64,000 bases of DNA, from positions 22,973,319 through 23,037,318 of the forward strand of contig OZ037768.1 in assembly GCA_964035545.1 (NCBI GenBank). The letters are read 5' to 3'. Below, piece after piece: positions 1-12,500 of this stretch (position 1 is its first letter; every line of letters begins with the position of its first letter). Position numbers and translations under genes: made by a program. The DNA is from Bugula neritina. Its lineage: Eukaryota > Animalia > Bryozoa. The notes beneath the pieces are model-generated. The model saw only the letters and a program-made list of their open reading frames with translations. It was not told the origin of the DNA and ran no database searches.

Positions 1-1884
1 CCTCCCATGATATTATAAAGATTTTGAATAAGTGGATATTATTTATGGCTTGACAATAGATTATTAGATGAATGATGGTACCTCAAGTATAATAATTATG
101 TCTACTAACAGTATCAACGTCCACTGCCTTATGGTGATGTTAGTTTTATATTTGTTCAATGTATTGATTCTATGATCTTTATATACTAAATTATATTGTT
201 TGTTAATTTTTTAATTTGTGTATGATAATTTTTTTTATAGAAAATAGCTTTTGGTGCTTATTTTCAAGAATATTATGACACATTGGCATCCCTTGTTTAA
301 ATTATAATCACGGTGTTTGAGTAGTAATAGTTTGTGCTTTCAAATTTACTAATAAAATGATTGAAAATTGGATATTACTAGCTACTACATATCTAAATTT
401 AAAAATTACAGCATTATAATCTCAGTAGTTCTTTTCAAAACGAATAACTCAATTATTTGTTATAATCATAGCTAATTAGTATCTAAAGAGTTACTTCCTT
501 TTCCACACAAACTGGATTCGAGTACTTTACATTCTATTTCAATGATGTCAAGATGTTTAGAAATCGCTAGAAATAGCACCGAGTTAGTGTTTATTGAGTG
601 CAGTAAGTTGGAGTTTGAACTTTGGATAGCAATGTTAATACAAACTCTGCACTCAATCGCTCCCAAATTGATGCTGTTTTTAACGATTTTCAATAACTTG
701 ACTTTAGTCACCACATTTTACTAAGAACATAGGCTACCGAAAGATTATATAAACAGTAATTTGCACTAAAACTCTGCAGTGTAGGCTGCAAGTGGATGAA
801 CAGGGAGACTGTGTCTTTAATTTGCAAGAAAAAGGTAATACTTATACTAATAGTAATAAATTAAAAATAACTAAAAAGTATAATTCCTAATTGGTATAAC
901 TACAAGTATCATAATCAGCAAATCACTATTTTAGCTATTTATTGCAGTGATTGTGATACTCATACTCATACTGATTGTCAGTCAACTGTTTTACTTCTAG
1001 TTTTAGTGTTGAGAATGACTGTAGTAGCATCAGCAGCTCAAATTACAGACTGAAATTTTAATTAAGCACCATACTGATTTGATACTCAGTCATTGAATCC
1101 TAACCCAAACCTAGTCCTATGGGGTTATGGGCAGGACCATGCTAGAATAAGAATTGTTAACAGTTAATCATAATGATAATCATAATGACTCCTGCTACTG
1201 TGCTAATGCTGTGGCTATGCCTAGCATAAGTTATTTAAAAGCTTATAGCAAGTTAGAGTTTTGATGCTCTGTGGCTATTACTACTAGTATAACTATTCTA
1301 TTAGTATTCTTTTTTAGTTTTCATTTGCCTTCACATACTCATGCTGATATTAATATTTAATTTTATTATTTAAATATGTAATCTAAGATTATCATCTTCA
1401 ATATGAATATAAAGTATGAGCATAAACTTGCATATAATTATGCTAGTTTTAAATAGCCTAAACTAGAAGTAGATGATGAATTGAAATTTGAGTCACACTT
1501 AATAAAATGCAGCTGCTAACCTTAGTATTTTTTGGTTATGGTATTGTGTTGTAGAATTTGTCAACGCTGACAATATGACACCTAATGAAAATTTTGGTTG
1601 AACTAGTGCCACCAAAAGTTGTAGGCTATTTTTAGGGTGAAATATTTTTCTTAATATACCAATGATTTAATCACAATGTTATGTTATAATATTTCATATT
1701 GTTTTGGTTTTATCAAGTAGTTATAACTCCAAAATCCTACCTTAAACATTTTGCTTGCTTGTGAAATTGCTCTATATTCTGATATATAATATCACTGGAA
1801 GGTTGTATACTGCCATAGCTATCAGCATATTGGTATGGATAACAATATTTTAATATATGTGACTTTTAGGATTAAAACAATGTT

Positions 1885-4634
1885 ATGAACTTGATGCGAA
1901 ATCTCTTGATTCGAACTAAAAATTTTGCCAAGACACTAAGTACAGCTGGCAAGATGGATGACATGTCTGGTGAGTTTTCTTAATCGAATTAAAGATGCAG
2001 ACTAGAATAAATTTATTTCGATGTAAAGTTCAAACTATTCTATTTTATTAAAGTAGTAAATTTCCTATCAAAATATTTATTTTATAGCTTGTAATTGTGG
2101 ATTAGGTATTGTTATAATCACTTGTAGTGCTTAAAAACTATTTCAGTTGATTGGAAAGCAACTTGCATATAGAGATTTATGCAAGCATTTTTAGCTAATC
2201 TAGTCTACAATATTTGCCATCATCTTGTTTTACTACAACAACAGCCAGCATATTATTATTTACATTGAGAGTTTGAAAGGTGGGCTTCAGTAGTAATGAA
2301 ACATACAAGTATATGTTGCATGAAAAGCCTATATTGTATGGTGGTAGTATACAGAGGCATACGAAAGAATTACTGCTTGTAAGTTTGCCATTAGTAAAAT
2401 AATAACTGAAACTCATGAAATCTAGTGTTTTCACCGTAAAAATATGTTTGAAAATTCGAGAAATTAATTTCTTCCTTCTAGCATTTAGAATTTCTTACAA
2501 CCCAAAAGAGCCAATGGATATAGACAATCTACCAAGTAAAGACCCTATGGAGTTGTTTGATCTTTGGTTTAAGGAGATTTCATCCAGTGAGGAAGTGAGA
2601 GAACCCAATGCAATGACTCTCGCCACATGCAATAGGTCAGCTATTGCATCGCCATACATGGCATATTACTTCGTTTAAAAGTTTTCCACTGATTTTTTTC
2701 ATACATCTAACCATCTACCTCCACAAATATAATTACAACAGATGGTAGCTTTTTTAGTTATTTATTATGCACTCTATTTGCACTGTAAAGTTTTTCTTGT
2801 GCATAGCTGATAAAACATGATAATATGTATACTTGAGTGTTTTCAATGCATAACATTTACAACTGTGTGCTAGATTATGTAGTGAGATAATGTCTTTCAT
2901 TAGTTTTAGTGATTATACTTATTTTCGAGGGATGTCTGTATGACTTATGAAGAGATAGATTTTAGTTATAAACACCATTAGCTGTATATTGTATATTTAT
3001 TTTGTGGTATAAAAAATTGGTGAATAAATTTGCTTAGTGGGGACATAACTCCTTGATTTAAATCAAGTATCAGGGACATAATAGAGAGTCTGTTTATATG
3101 CTTTTTGCGGTACAGGAAGTGCGAGCCGTCTGCGAGAATGGTGCTGCTGAAGGGATACGATTCTGCGGGTTTCAGATTCTTCACGGACTATGACGGCCGA
3201 AAAGGACAAGAGTTGGTTTGTAGGCTAATCCAGTTCTTTAATGACTTGAAAAGTTATCATTGATAAACCAAGTTCTTTTCTTTAATAGGGATAAAATTCT
3301 AGAATATTTAGTCATCTTCCCTGTGGAGATTTGAACAGGTTTGGTTACTCACAGCTAACAAAGTGTTTATTTCCACCTTGGTACCCTGCTATTGTTAATA
3401 GAGACATGTTCATCATACTCTAGAGACAAACTGGTGTTTTAGAACAAATATTCTTTATTACTGTCCAGTTGTCTCTTGTGTTGTCTTGTGTGAAAATGTT
3501 AATAAGCAGCACCTATAATATGTACGTGTATAAACAGCTATACCATTGCCAAGTAATTACCATGAATACTCAAATGACTCTATTAAACTGTTGTAGGCAG
3601 AGAATGCTAATGTAGCTCTCGTACTATACTGGCGGCCATTTCATAGACAAGTTAGAGTAGAAGGTACAACAGAGAAACTCTCCCCTGAAGAATGTGACCA
3701 GTATTTCCACTCTCGACCCCACGGCAGCCAGCTGGCAGCGTCGGCCAGTAATCAGAGCACCATCCTCCCATCTTACCAGGTGAACCATCTACAGCTATAT
3801 GTGACGGCTATATGTGACGGCTATATGTGACGGCTATATGTGACGGCTGTATGTGACGGCTATATGTGACGGCTATATGTGACGGCTATATGTGACGGCT
3901 ATATGTGACGGCTATATGTGACGGCTATATGTGACGGCTATGTGTGATGGCTATATGTGACGGCTGTATGTGACGGCTATGTGTGATGGCTATATGTGAC
4001 GGCTATATGTGACGGCTATATGACTGTTATGTGACAGTCATATTATAGCTATGTGACAGCTGCAATGGTCACGTGACCACTATATGGCAGTCATGTGGCA
4101 GTCATATGACAACTGTGTAATATGATCAGCAGCACACATACGTGACTATAGGATATTATTCTTTTCTCTCATTATTGTCATATTTTCAGGTGCTGATTGA
4201 CAAGTATGCACAACTCCAGGAGCAGTATCCTACAGATAGCGACGTGGTACCTCGACCACAGAACTGGTGAGTCATCCTTTATCAGTTTGCGTTTTCAGTC
4301 ACAGCTACAAACCTACTCCAACAGATATGAATGGCTCTGCATTTGTTTTAAATCCGTAAACAAAATTGTCTGGATTACTCAAGCTTCAATTAATAACCTG
4401 AAAGAAGTTAGAAACTGTAGAATTTTGCAAAAAAAATGTTCAAAGTTGAATGCTAGTGGTTTGGTTCTCAACTCTTGCAGGGGTGGCTACTTAGTGAAAC
4501 CAAAGGCTATTGAATTCTGGGAAGGACACACAAATAGACTACACAGAAGACTTTTATTCAGTAGGGAAAAGCCTGAAGATGAGCATGTGAAGGCAGGACT
4601 CAATGGATGGCATTACTGTGTACTTTCTCCATAG
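1885..4634 (+). CDS. PNPO: Pyridoxine/pyridoxamine 5'-phosphate oxidase (6 coding exons)
   Basis: Exons 1885-1969, 2482-2635, 3116-3215, 3597-3779, 4190-4266 and 4481-4634 join in phase with GT-AG boundaries. The peptide has family motifs [51 protein letters not shown] and EFWEG..RLH.R. Confidence 0.95.
3794..4020. repeat. 13-bp minisatellite (GCTATATGTGACG)n, about 17 copies, in a PNPO intron
   Basis: Near-perfect tandem array starting 14 bp after the donor at 3780, with degenerate copies trailing to about 4110. Confidence 0.95.
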
Positions 4635-4815
4635 TATTGATGAAGTAATGATCAATATGTATTGCGATGTTCAAATTTTAATATCTATATTATATAAATA
4701 ATTTTTACAAATATAAAATATTGCTCTCAGCTGAATTCTATTCACATAAATAGCCATGAAAATGAATGTTTAGTATTTTGTAACATTGGCCAATCAATTT
4801 CCTCCTTCTATTAAT

Positions 4816-7800
4816 TCAAACAGTCATGCTTTTTGTTGTTTCGATTCGTTCATGGTAGAGCTTGTAGAATTCATTGGCTAAATAATAAAATGGCACCTCC
4901 ACGTTCTTTTGGTCTTTCTACAAATTGAAACATCAAAGCATAAATATGCTGCAACATATCCATAGACAAATTCTTTTGGGATTGTTGCCCTTCTTACTCT
5001 ATAAAAGACTTAGCTTCTCTTTAGGAATTGATTTTACAGTTCAATATAGCACAGTCTAGTAAACATGCTTGTATAATCACCTTAATGCAATCACATTACT
5101 TTCCTAGTATAGACACAGTAATGCAAAATCACACAGTAATGCACTTACAATACTGAATGTATGCAGCAATGCAAATACATTACTGCACTTATTATCAATC
5201 CAATTACATTAACATATGGATAAAACAATACAAATACATTATTGCATAAATGCAAGAATAATGTATGTGTACAATACTGTAATGAAATTACTGTATATAG
5301 ATTACTGTAACTTATAGCATGTAACTTACAGCTGAAACTTCGAAATATTTCAATCCGTGGTGCTCGGCCAATTTTTCTCCAGCTTTCGGTGAAATGATTC
5401 TTCTTTCATCTAAATCTACTTTGTTAGCAACCAACACACCTGCATGCGAAATAAAACATAATGATTATGTTTTGTTTGTTTTAACATGAGAGATAAACAT
5501 ATTTCATATTGCTGTAATTAAAGGAGAAGACAACTTCTTTATTTTAATGAAACTTATAAATTAATAATTTGCAGTAGCACTTGACCAGCGTAAAATATAC
5601 AACTTTTACTGGCTCAAAGTTACTATAAAGCTATTGATACTTGAAAACGTTATATATAAGTTATATATATTTTTTTAGTAAGTTTGCATTAATATGTTTC
5701 AAAAGAACATGAAGAACGAGAGAGAGAAAGAGACATAGAAAATTGCTAAATTATAGAAAAATTTTCTGAATTTTGATGGAGTGTGAAACTCAACAGACTC
5801 GTGTTAAAACTTAGAAGATTTTAAAAGATTGGACTTCGAGCTCTATAATAACACTAATGATTACCATAAGTTTTGTAGAAAGTTGAAAAGGTATTACATA
5901 ACATAAGAGTGCTTATTTTAAAGAATGGAGTATTACATCATATATCATATCCTTTATCATATCATAATTCATACCATATTCATACCTGGCACATTCATTT
6001 CAGGTTTCAGAGATCTCACTCGGTCTATCCAACTAGTGACACTATTGAAAGAGTTTTCACTGGTACAATCATACACCACCATCATCAGTCCCGGGCAATC
6101 CCACTGTAATTATTTATCAAATTTTTATAGCATAATAGGACAAAAATTCCAAATTAAACAAATGATTTGTTTCATAGTTAGGGCTGCAGTTATGAAAATA
6201 AATATTTCTAAAAAGACAAGAAGCCTACATAATTGAGCGCTTTGTAAGTTGCTATTGCATTTCCTTTTTCCAACAACCAAAAGATAATTGTCTAAAAATA
6301 CAGTTCACAATTCACATACAGATTTATTTCTTATAAATTGTCTTACACTAAAACTACATTATAATTAATTTTATTGGCTGAACTATAAATACACTCACGT
6401 CTTTTTTATTTTGTTCAGCAAACATTTCTTGGCCTGAAGAGTCATATATGTACAATTCCTAAAAAGAACACAGGTACATTATACCACTTTATTTTCTACC
6501 TCTTGCATCAAAGATAATCAATTAACAAACACTTGATTGCTACCGTTAAAAACTGAGATCAAGCCAAGTGACTAGCAGAATGTTATAAGTGCCCCACTAT
6601 TATAGAAGTTGATAGAATACATTATTAAATACCAATGATGAATAATGATAACGTTTTCTAACTGTACATTCTCTCATATCACAAACCTTATAATTATGAT
6701 GCGAATAACTTTATATGTGAATTAGGTAAATTTTAAAAATGTTAATAATCAACAGGGAAATATATTGAGTATTGGTTATATATGTACTATATTTCAAATT
6801 TTGACAAAAATATTAAAATACCAAAACAAAGCTAATAAAGTTAAAATAAAATTGTTAGTTGCTGCAGTACAACCATTATAAAAGCTGCAGAAAGGAATCA
6901 GTGGGTCAATAAGACCTCTAAAAATTTTGTCTTGTCTCTAATAAAATATAGCACAGAACTTTTAATTACAGAGAAAAACTTACCACGTTGTCTGACTGAT
7001 CAGGTATTGCCACAGACTTTACGATCAAATCAACACCAACAGTCTATAATTGCAATGATAAAAGGTAGTTAAATCTGAGATACTGCAGATATATATAAAT
7101 TACTGTGAACTCAGCCTCAGTTAAAGTAAATAAAATACCAAAAGTTACAACGTAGCAACTATGCTATATCAGTTTAAATTTATTTCATGAGTTGAAAATA
7201 GCAGTTTAATTTAACTAAAATACATTTAAATACATGAGCATTTATTTTATGAATATGAGAAAGCATAATAATGAAATAAAAGCAAAAATGGTATAGTTGG
7301 GTGCATAGATGTTGTTGAGGTAACAGTAATATAAAATATGTTATAAATGTATTTTATGCAGCATCACTGACCAATGTATAATTCTTTGGATAATGTGCTC
7401 CATCACTGTGAAAGACCTGAGTTAATGCACTTTTTCCTGAACAACTATCACCTTTAAAAAACACAATAAACACATATCCAATTTAAAATGGCAATAATAT
7501 TAATAGTATTAACTATTAATATTCAGTGCTTAAGAGATATTAAATAAAATTGAAACTGTAGAACAAAACATAGTCATACTTTTGACATATATTGCAAAAT
7601 TTAGAAAATTACCAAAAACTTACTGTTTAATAAAACATGTGCAAAACTTACAAATAATAAATCAAATTCAATAACTATAACTATAAGTCAAATGTGGTGA
7701 ACTACCAGAAAGGTGTTGGAATTGAAATAAAAAATCAAATGAAAGAACTTCTGCTGCCTAGCCTTTTAATAATTGTTATCAGAATGTCAAATTATGAACT

Positions 7801-8022
7801 TAATTTATTTTTTTAAATACTAAATCATAAACATAATGCTAATAATAGTCACCATCATAATGATAATCATAATGACCATCATAATCATAATGAATATAAT
7901 CATAATGATAATCATAATGTGAAACAGTTTTATTTTCACACAAATGATAATGATCAGCAAGGAAGAAAACACTTAATATTCTCACCAATAACAACAAGTT
8001 TTGCTTTGATAACAGTAGACAT
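4816..8022 (-). CDS. IFT27: Intraflagellar transport protein 27 (Rab-like GTPase RABL4), 7 coding exons
   Basis: Minus-strand exons 8022-7986, 7451-7372, 7043-6984, 6458-6399, 6103-5986, 5439-5330 and 4917-4816. Translation: MSTVIKAKLVVIGDSCSGKSALTQVFHSDGAHYPKNYTLTVGVDLIVKSV...ELYIYDSSGQE...GVLVANKVDL...YFEVSAK. G1-G5 boxes are present, with the IFT27-type FHSDG.H..KNYTLT segment and no C-terminal prenylation motif. Confidence 0.93.
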
Positions 8023-8109
8023 AGTTACTAATAGTAGTGCAATCAGTAATGATGTAGTACACAAGATATGGATGAAAAGCAATTTTGGCTACAAATACTT
8101 TCTTAAAAT

Positions 8110-8240
8110 ATTACCAGGCAGCCAATAAACAAAATGCTTGTAGTAATGCCGCAGCCCTAAATTACAACTGTTTTAATTCGCTAAATGTGAAACCACCTGA
8201 TCTCATAAAAAGATGGCGGGAATTGTTCACATTGGCGAGA
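8110..8240. promoter_or_regulatory. Probable bidirectional IFT27/LIG1 promoter with overlapping YY1/E2F site and CCAAT box
   Basis: AAGATGGCGGGAA at about 8210-8222 combines YY1 (AAGATGGCGG) and E2F (GGCGGGAA). ATTGGCG follows at 8231. The region lies between the IFT27 ATG (8022, -) and a likely LIG1 5'UTR exon with a donor at about 8389. Confidence 0.55.
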
Positions 8241-9066
8241 GTATTTACATAATAACAACTCTTGTCTTGACTTTTCAGTAAATGTTATTACAGATTGTGA
8301 AACTAAGACTTCGCATTGTGGGGTTTACGCATAGTTTTGACTTAGCCAAACATTCCTTTGATCTGTTTTCATCCCATAATTTACAAAAGGTAGAGAATTG
8401 TAGCTCAAGGTGAAAGTCAAACTCAAAGTCAATCATCAAATTCAAAATCAATGGTTATGGACTATCATTATCATTAATAAATATGAATTTTCATAATCAC
8501 TATGACTTCGAGTAAGACATATACAATCATTGTAGCAATGATTATCATTATGATGATCATAAAATAATCATCATTATAATTATCATAATGATAATAGTAT
8601 AGTACCAAGTCCAATGGCAATAGGCAATCACAATGACTATAAGTATAAGTATAACTATAGTATAAGTATAAGTGAATGACAACCACAATCTAAAACTAAA
8701 TTTATGACAATGTTAATCAGTATCACAATGTCAATGTGACTAGCTTGTAATTGTGATTATCATATTCATTGTGTATTTGTAGTTATCATTATGATCAACT
8801 TCAAGTGCTATTTGATTAAATATCACAATTTCTATGCACCTACTCCAATACGTTAGTCCACAGTATAACTATAAGAAAAGTATTAGTACTACTATAAGTT
8901 GTAACTTTGAAGCGTTATCATTATGAGTATGAAAATATATTCACATTGATTGTTGAATTTAGTATAACTGTAATGGTTAGAAATAGATATGATTACTCCA
9001 ACTTGTAGTTGTTGTTACGTATAGTTATTGCTTATTACTTATTAGTAATGAGAATTAGTATTATAT

Positions 9067-9126
9067 TTAATATTCTCACCAATAACGACAAGTTTTGCTT
9101 TGATAACAGTAGACATAGTTACTAAT
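9067..9126 (-). repeat. Second copy of IFT27 coding exon 1 with its splice donor
   Basis: About 60 bp matching 7973-8032. The ATG (9116), the MSTVIKAKLVVIG frame and the GTGAG donor are intact, with one synonymous change (GTT to GTC). Confidence 0.9.
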
Positions 9127-9576
9127 GATTGAAGTTTGTTAGTTTAGTTTTAGGTACCAAACAACAGATTGGTCAAATATTAATAACTTTGATTAGATTC
9201 TTATTGCAAGATCTTCTTGACAGCCTTAACTTACACATTTTTTAATACTAAAAGTAAAAGTGAATAGACATTAGTTTGCCCTTTTTTATTTTAGTGTATA
9301 GTTTTTTTTTATATATAGCAATAATTATATCACTACATTACAAGGCCTTAAAATAAGTTTAAAATTATTACAAAAACCGAATTAAAATAGCAGAATGTTA
9401 TCATGACCTTGCTATCCTAATTATTAATTACACCTATGAGTTGGCATATCTGTTTTCTACACCCTAAACCTTATCTGAGGATTTATATATTGTTGTACTG
9501 CAGATTTCGAATTTAATATTTCTACTGTGTGTCACAGGTGAGATATTGTTGGCCTTTTAATCAGAGAAGTCTCGTC

Positions 9577-12500
9577 ATGTCACAGAAATCTATCAGGTAT
9601 AGCATGTGTTCTGTATGGCTGTTAAATGTAAGTTCAAACGCTTTACACAGTTTGATAAATAAATTCTCTTTGTTTGATAAGAAATTTGCTACTTTTTATG
9701 TCATTTTGCAGGTCGTTTTTTACTACAAAACCAAAGACAGTAGATGAATCCAAAAACAAGTATGTAGCTTTTTTATTTGCTTTAGTGACTCATACAAGCA
9801 CACTGCCCCTTAAAATGCTTTACTTTGTTTAGCCTTGATGCTTTTAGACTAATGAGCTGTGCATTTCATTGTTTTTGGTATCATATCAAATGGCAAGTAA
9901 AATATATGGGAGGTGCAAAACTAATGCAAAAATGAACAAATCAATTGCTAGAGGCTGTCATTTTTGTAAAATCGATGTGTGACAATTCCCGGAATGACAA
10001 CTTCAACTTGAAATATTCGTATAAACATTTACTTGAAGTATTTTAGTTTGAAAATGGTTAAAATATGTAAGTTACACGCTTGACTAATGCTTGAAATATA
10101 TTAACCAGCAAAACTGCTAAAAAGTGAACTTTCGTTTTGACCAGTTTTATGCAACAGATTTCAGAGTTGTCTTACCTGCACTATTCTATTTTAAAGCTAG
10201 CCCCTGCACCTATGAATTCTCCACTGGCATAAATCCTACATTAGGGTGGCTCATTCAGTGTTCTCTCCAATTTATTTTAAACTCAGTTTGTAGGCTAATT
10301 TTCCTCTATTATATAGAAGACCAAAGTATGTCATAAGTTTACTAGATAAAAGCATTTTATTTGTCTGGGACTGAACCTCTAATTTAGTGACTATATTTTC
10401 CACATTAGTTATTTCACTATCACGCTGAGAGTTATCTTGTCTTTTATCTTAAATATCACACTCCTCAGCATTCAGTGTTGGAACTACCAACTTACATAGA
10501 GATATCTGTGTAATCTAGAAAATCCCCTCTAAAGAGAACAAATGGATCCCCTGTAGTAGAAGATTCACCCGTTAAGCCAACAAGATCGGCGAAACGAGTG
10601 ATTGAGAGCGACTCTGAGGAGGAAACAGTTAGCCCAGTCGAGTCACAGGCCTCATCCGCTGATAAGGTGTGATCTACTGCCTTTCTTGGTATCTTTCTGC
10701 AGATGTTAGCTGTGTTATCCTGTAAATCTAAGCTGCCGGCATTTAGTCCACGGACCAGAAATCGGAAACGATGAAATGCTAATTGTTAAGAGTTTGTTTT
10801 AGCATCCGTCTGCAATGAAGTGTCTCTTCTGCTCTATTGAGTGGAAAGTGTAAAATGGTTTCTAAAAATAATGTACAAACATATCAGATTCAGGTGCTAG
10901 GGTGTTGTGAAATTTGTCCTCATTTTCTCTTCAGATAGTTGTAGTCTAAAAGAGAATTTAATATGTTATGTTTTGAAAACGTTATGCCAACCTCAAACCC
11001 TTCTGTGACTATTAGTATAAGCTCACGTGCCAGTTGAAACATCAGCAGTTTATAGTTATATATTTATTTACTTTAACCAAGTATCTCATACACTCAACCA
11101 CTGAAATTCTTTCGGAAGCAAGAAATAGTCACAATTTGGCCGAGTAGAGAAAAATAGCGTAGACTATGATGTCATTTCCTATTAAACCGGGGTTGATAGC
11201 TGTCAGCCTTCAATGACTCTCTCAATAAAATCCCCACCTTTTTTTATTTGTTGAACCCAATGCTATATTTAAATGAACTGTTTTAAAAAAATGTTCTATT
11301 TTAAATCAAAATGATTAACACTCAATTTATCAGTTATTTTTATATAAAGACTTTCCACCAGCTAAATTAAGATTTATCAAATAAGTTGAGAGAAAGCTCC
11401 TGTTACAACTCTTTCGTTCAGATTTTGACTTCTCAGATAAAAGTTCTGCTGTACATGACTATTCAGAGTTATTCACCCTTGACTCTTGCTCCGTTTAGCC
11501 TTGTGGAGTTGTCAACCCTGCTGTGTAGTTTATGTAATGTATTGATTAGAAAGAGTCACCGGGGTCAAGTAAAGAGAACAAGATAACCGCAGCACCGGGT
11601 ACATCGAGTAGTTTAGAGTTGCCTACCTCCGTGTCCCCTCTAATCCCAGCTAAAAGAAAAACAGGTGAACACACAGAGTGAATATCTCACTGGTCTGAGC
11701 TTTAGTTCTCTGCTAATATTTAGGGACTATAAATGAGCACCTCGAAAAATAATTTACAGCATATTGAAATAAAAGATTGGAATATAATTAAGAGAGTTAC
11801 TTTATATCAATGTGTTACGCTCAAAGCTGCTTTTGCCTGTAAACTGAACACTTTCTATGTGTGCTGGCTAGCTGTGATAACTGATAGCATTTAACAAATA
11901 AATTCCATCAAGGTATCATTTCCCATTTTAAATTGTAAGTTGTTCACACATTAGTAGATAGTATATCTTAAAGAAAGGTAAATATTTGAACTGATACAAG
12001 ATACAATGTATACTAGTTGGTGCACACATACTGATGGTCCAGTTAATAATAGAACTTGACTATTGTTTAAAATCGGCAAAATAACTTCAACCTGTTGAAA
12101 TGGCTTGTGATGTTACAATATTCTTGCCTGTTTAAACAATTCAGCTAATGAAAGACAGAATTTTGTATAATTTAGTAGTAACTAATAACCAAAAGTATTT
12201 TAAATAATTGTCTTGTTTAATTCACATCTACAGCACCTAGAAAGAAATTGAAGACATCCAGTGAGGCTTCGGCAGCGTCTGATGAGAAATCTCAGTCAGG
12301 AGACACGTCTGCTAGCGGAGATGACGTTGAAAGTCTGGAGGAAGTATGTGTTTGTTGGTTTTATAAGTGAATTCTAAAACTTTTGTGAAGTTATTTTCGA
12401 ATAGTGCGACTTGTAATATATTTGCAATAGACTCTTAATGCATGCAGTAGACTTGAAGTTTTACTAGCAAGAAGCCTTTGCTGGCCTTCATTTTATTTTG

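Noticed and set aside
472-724. Overlapping 80-aa (-) and 60-aa (+) ORFs upstream of PNPO
   Set aside because: No recognisable motif and no splice partners found. The region is probably promoter or 5'UTR.
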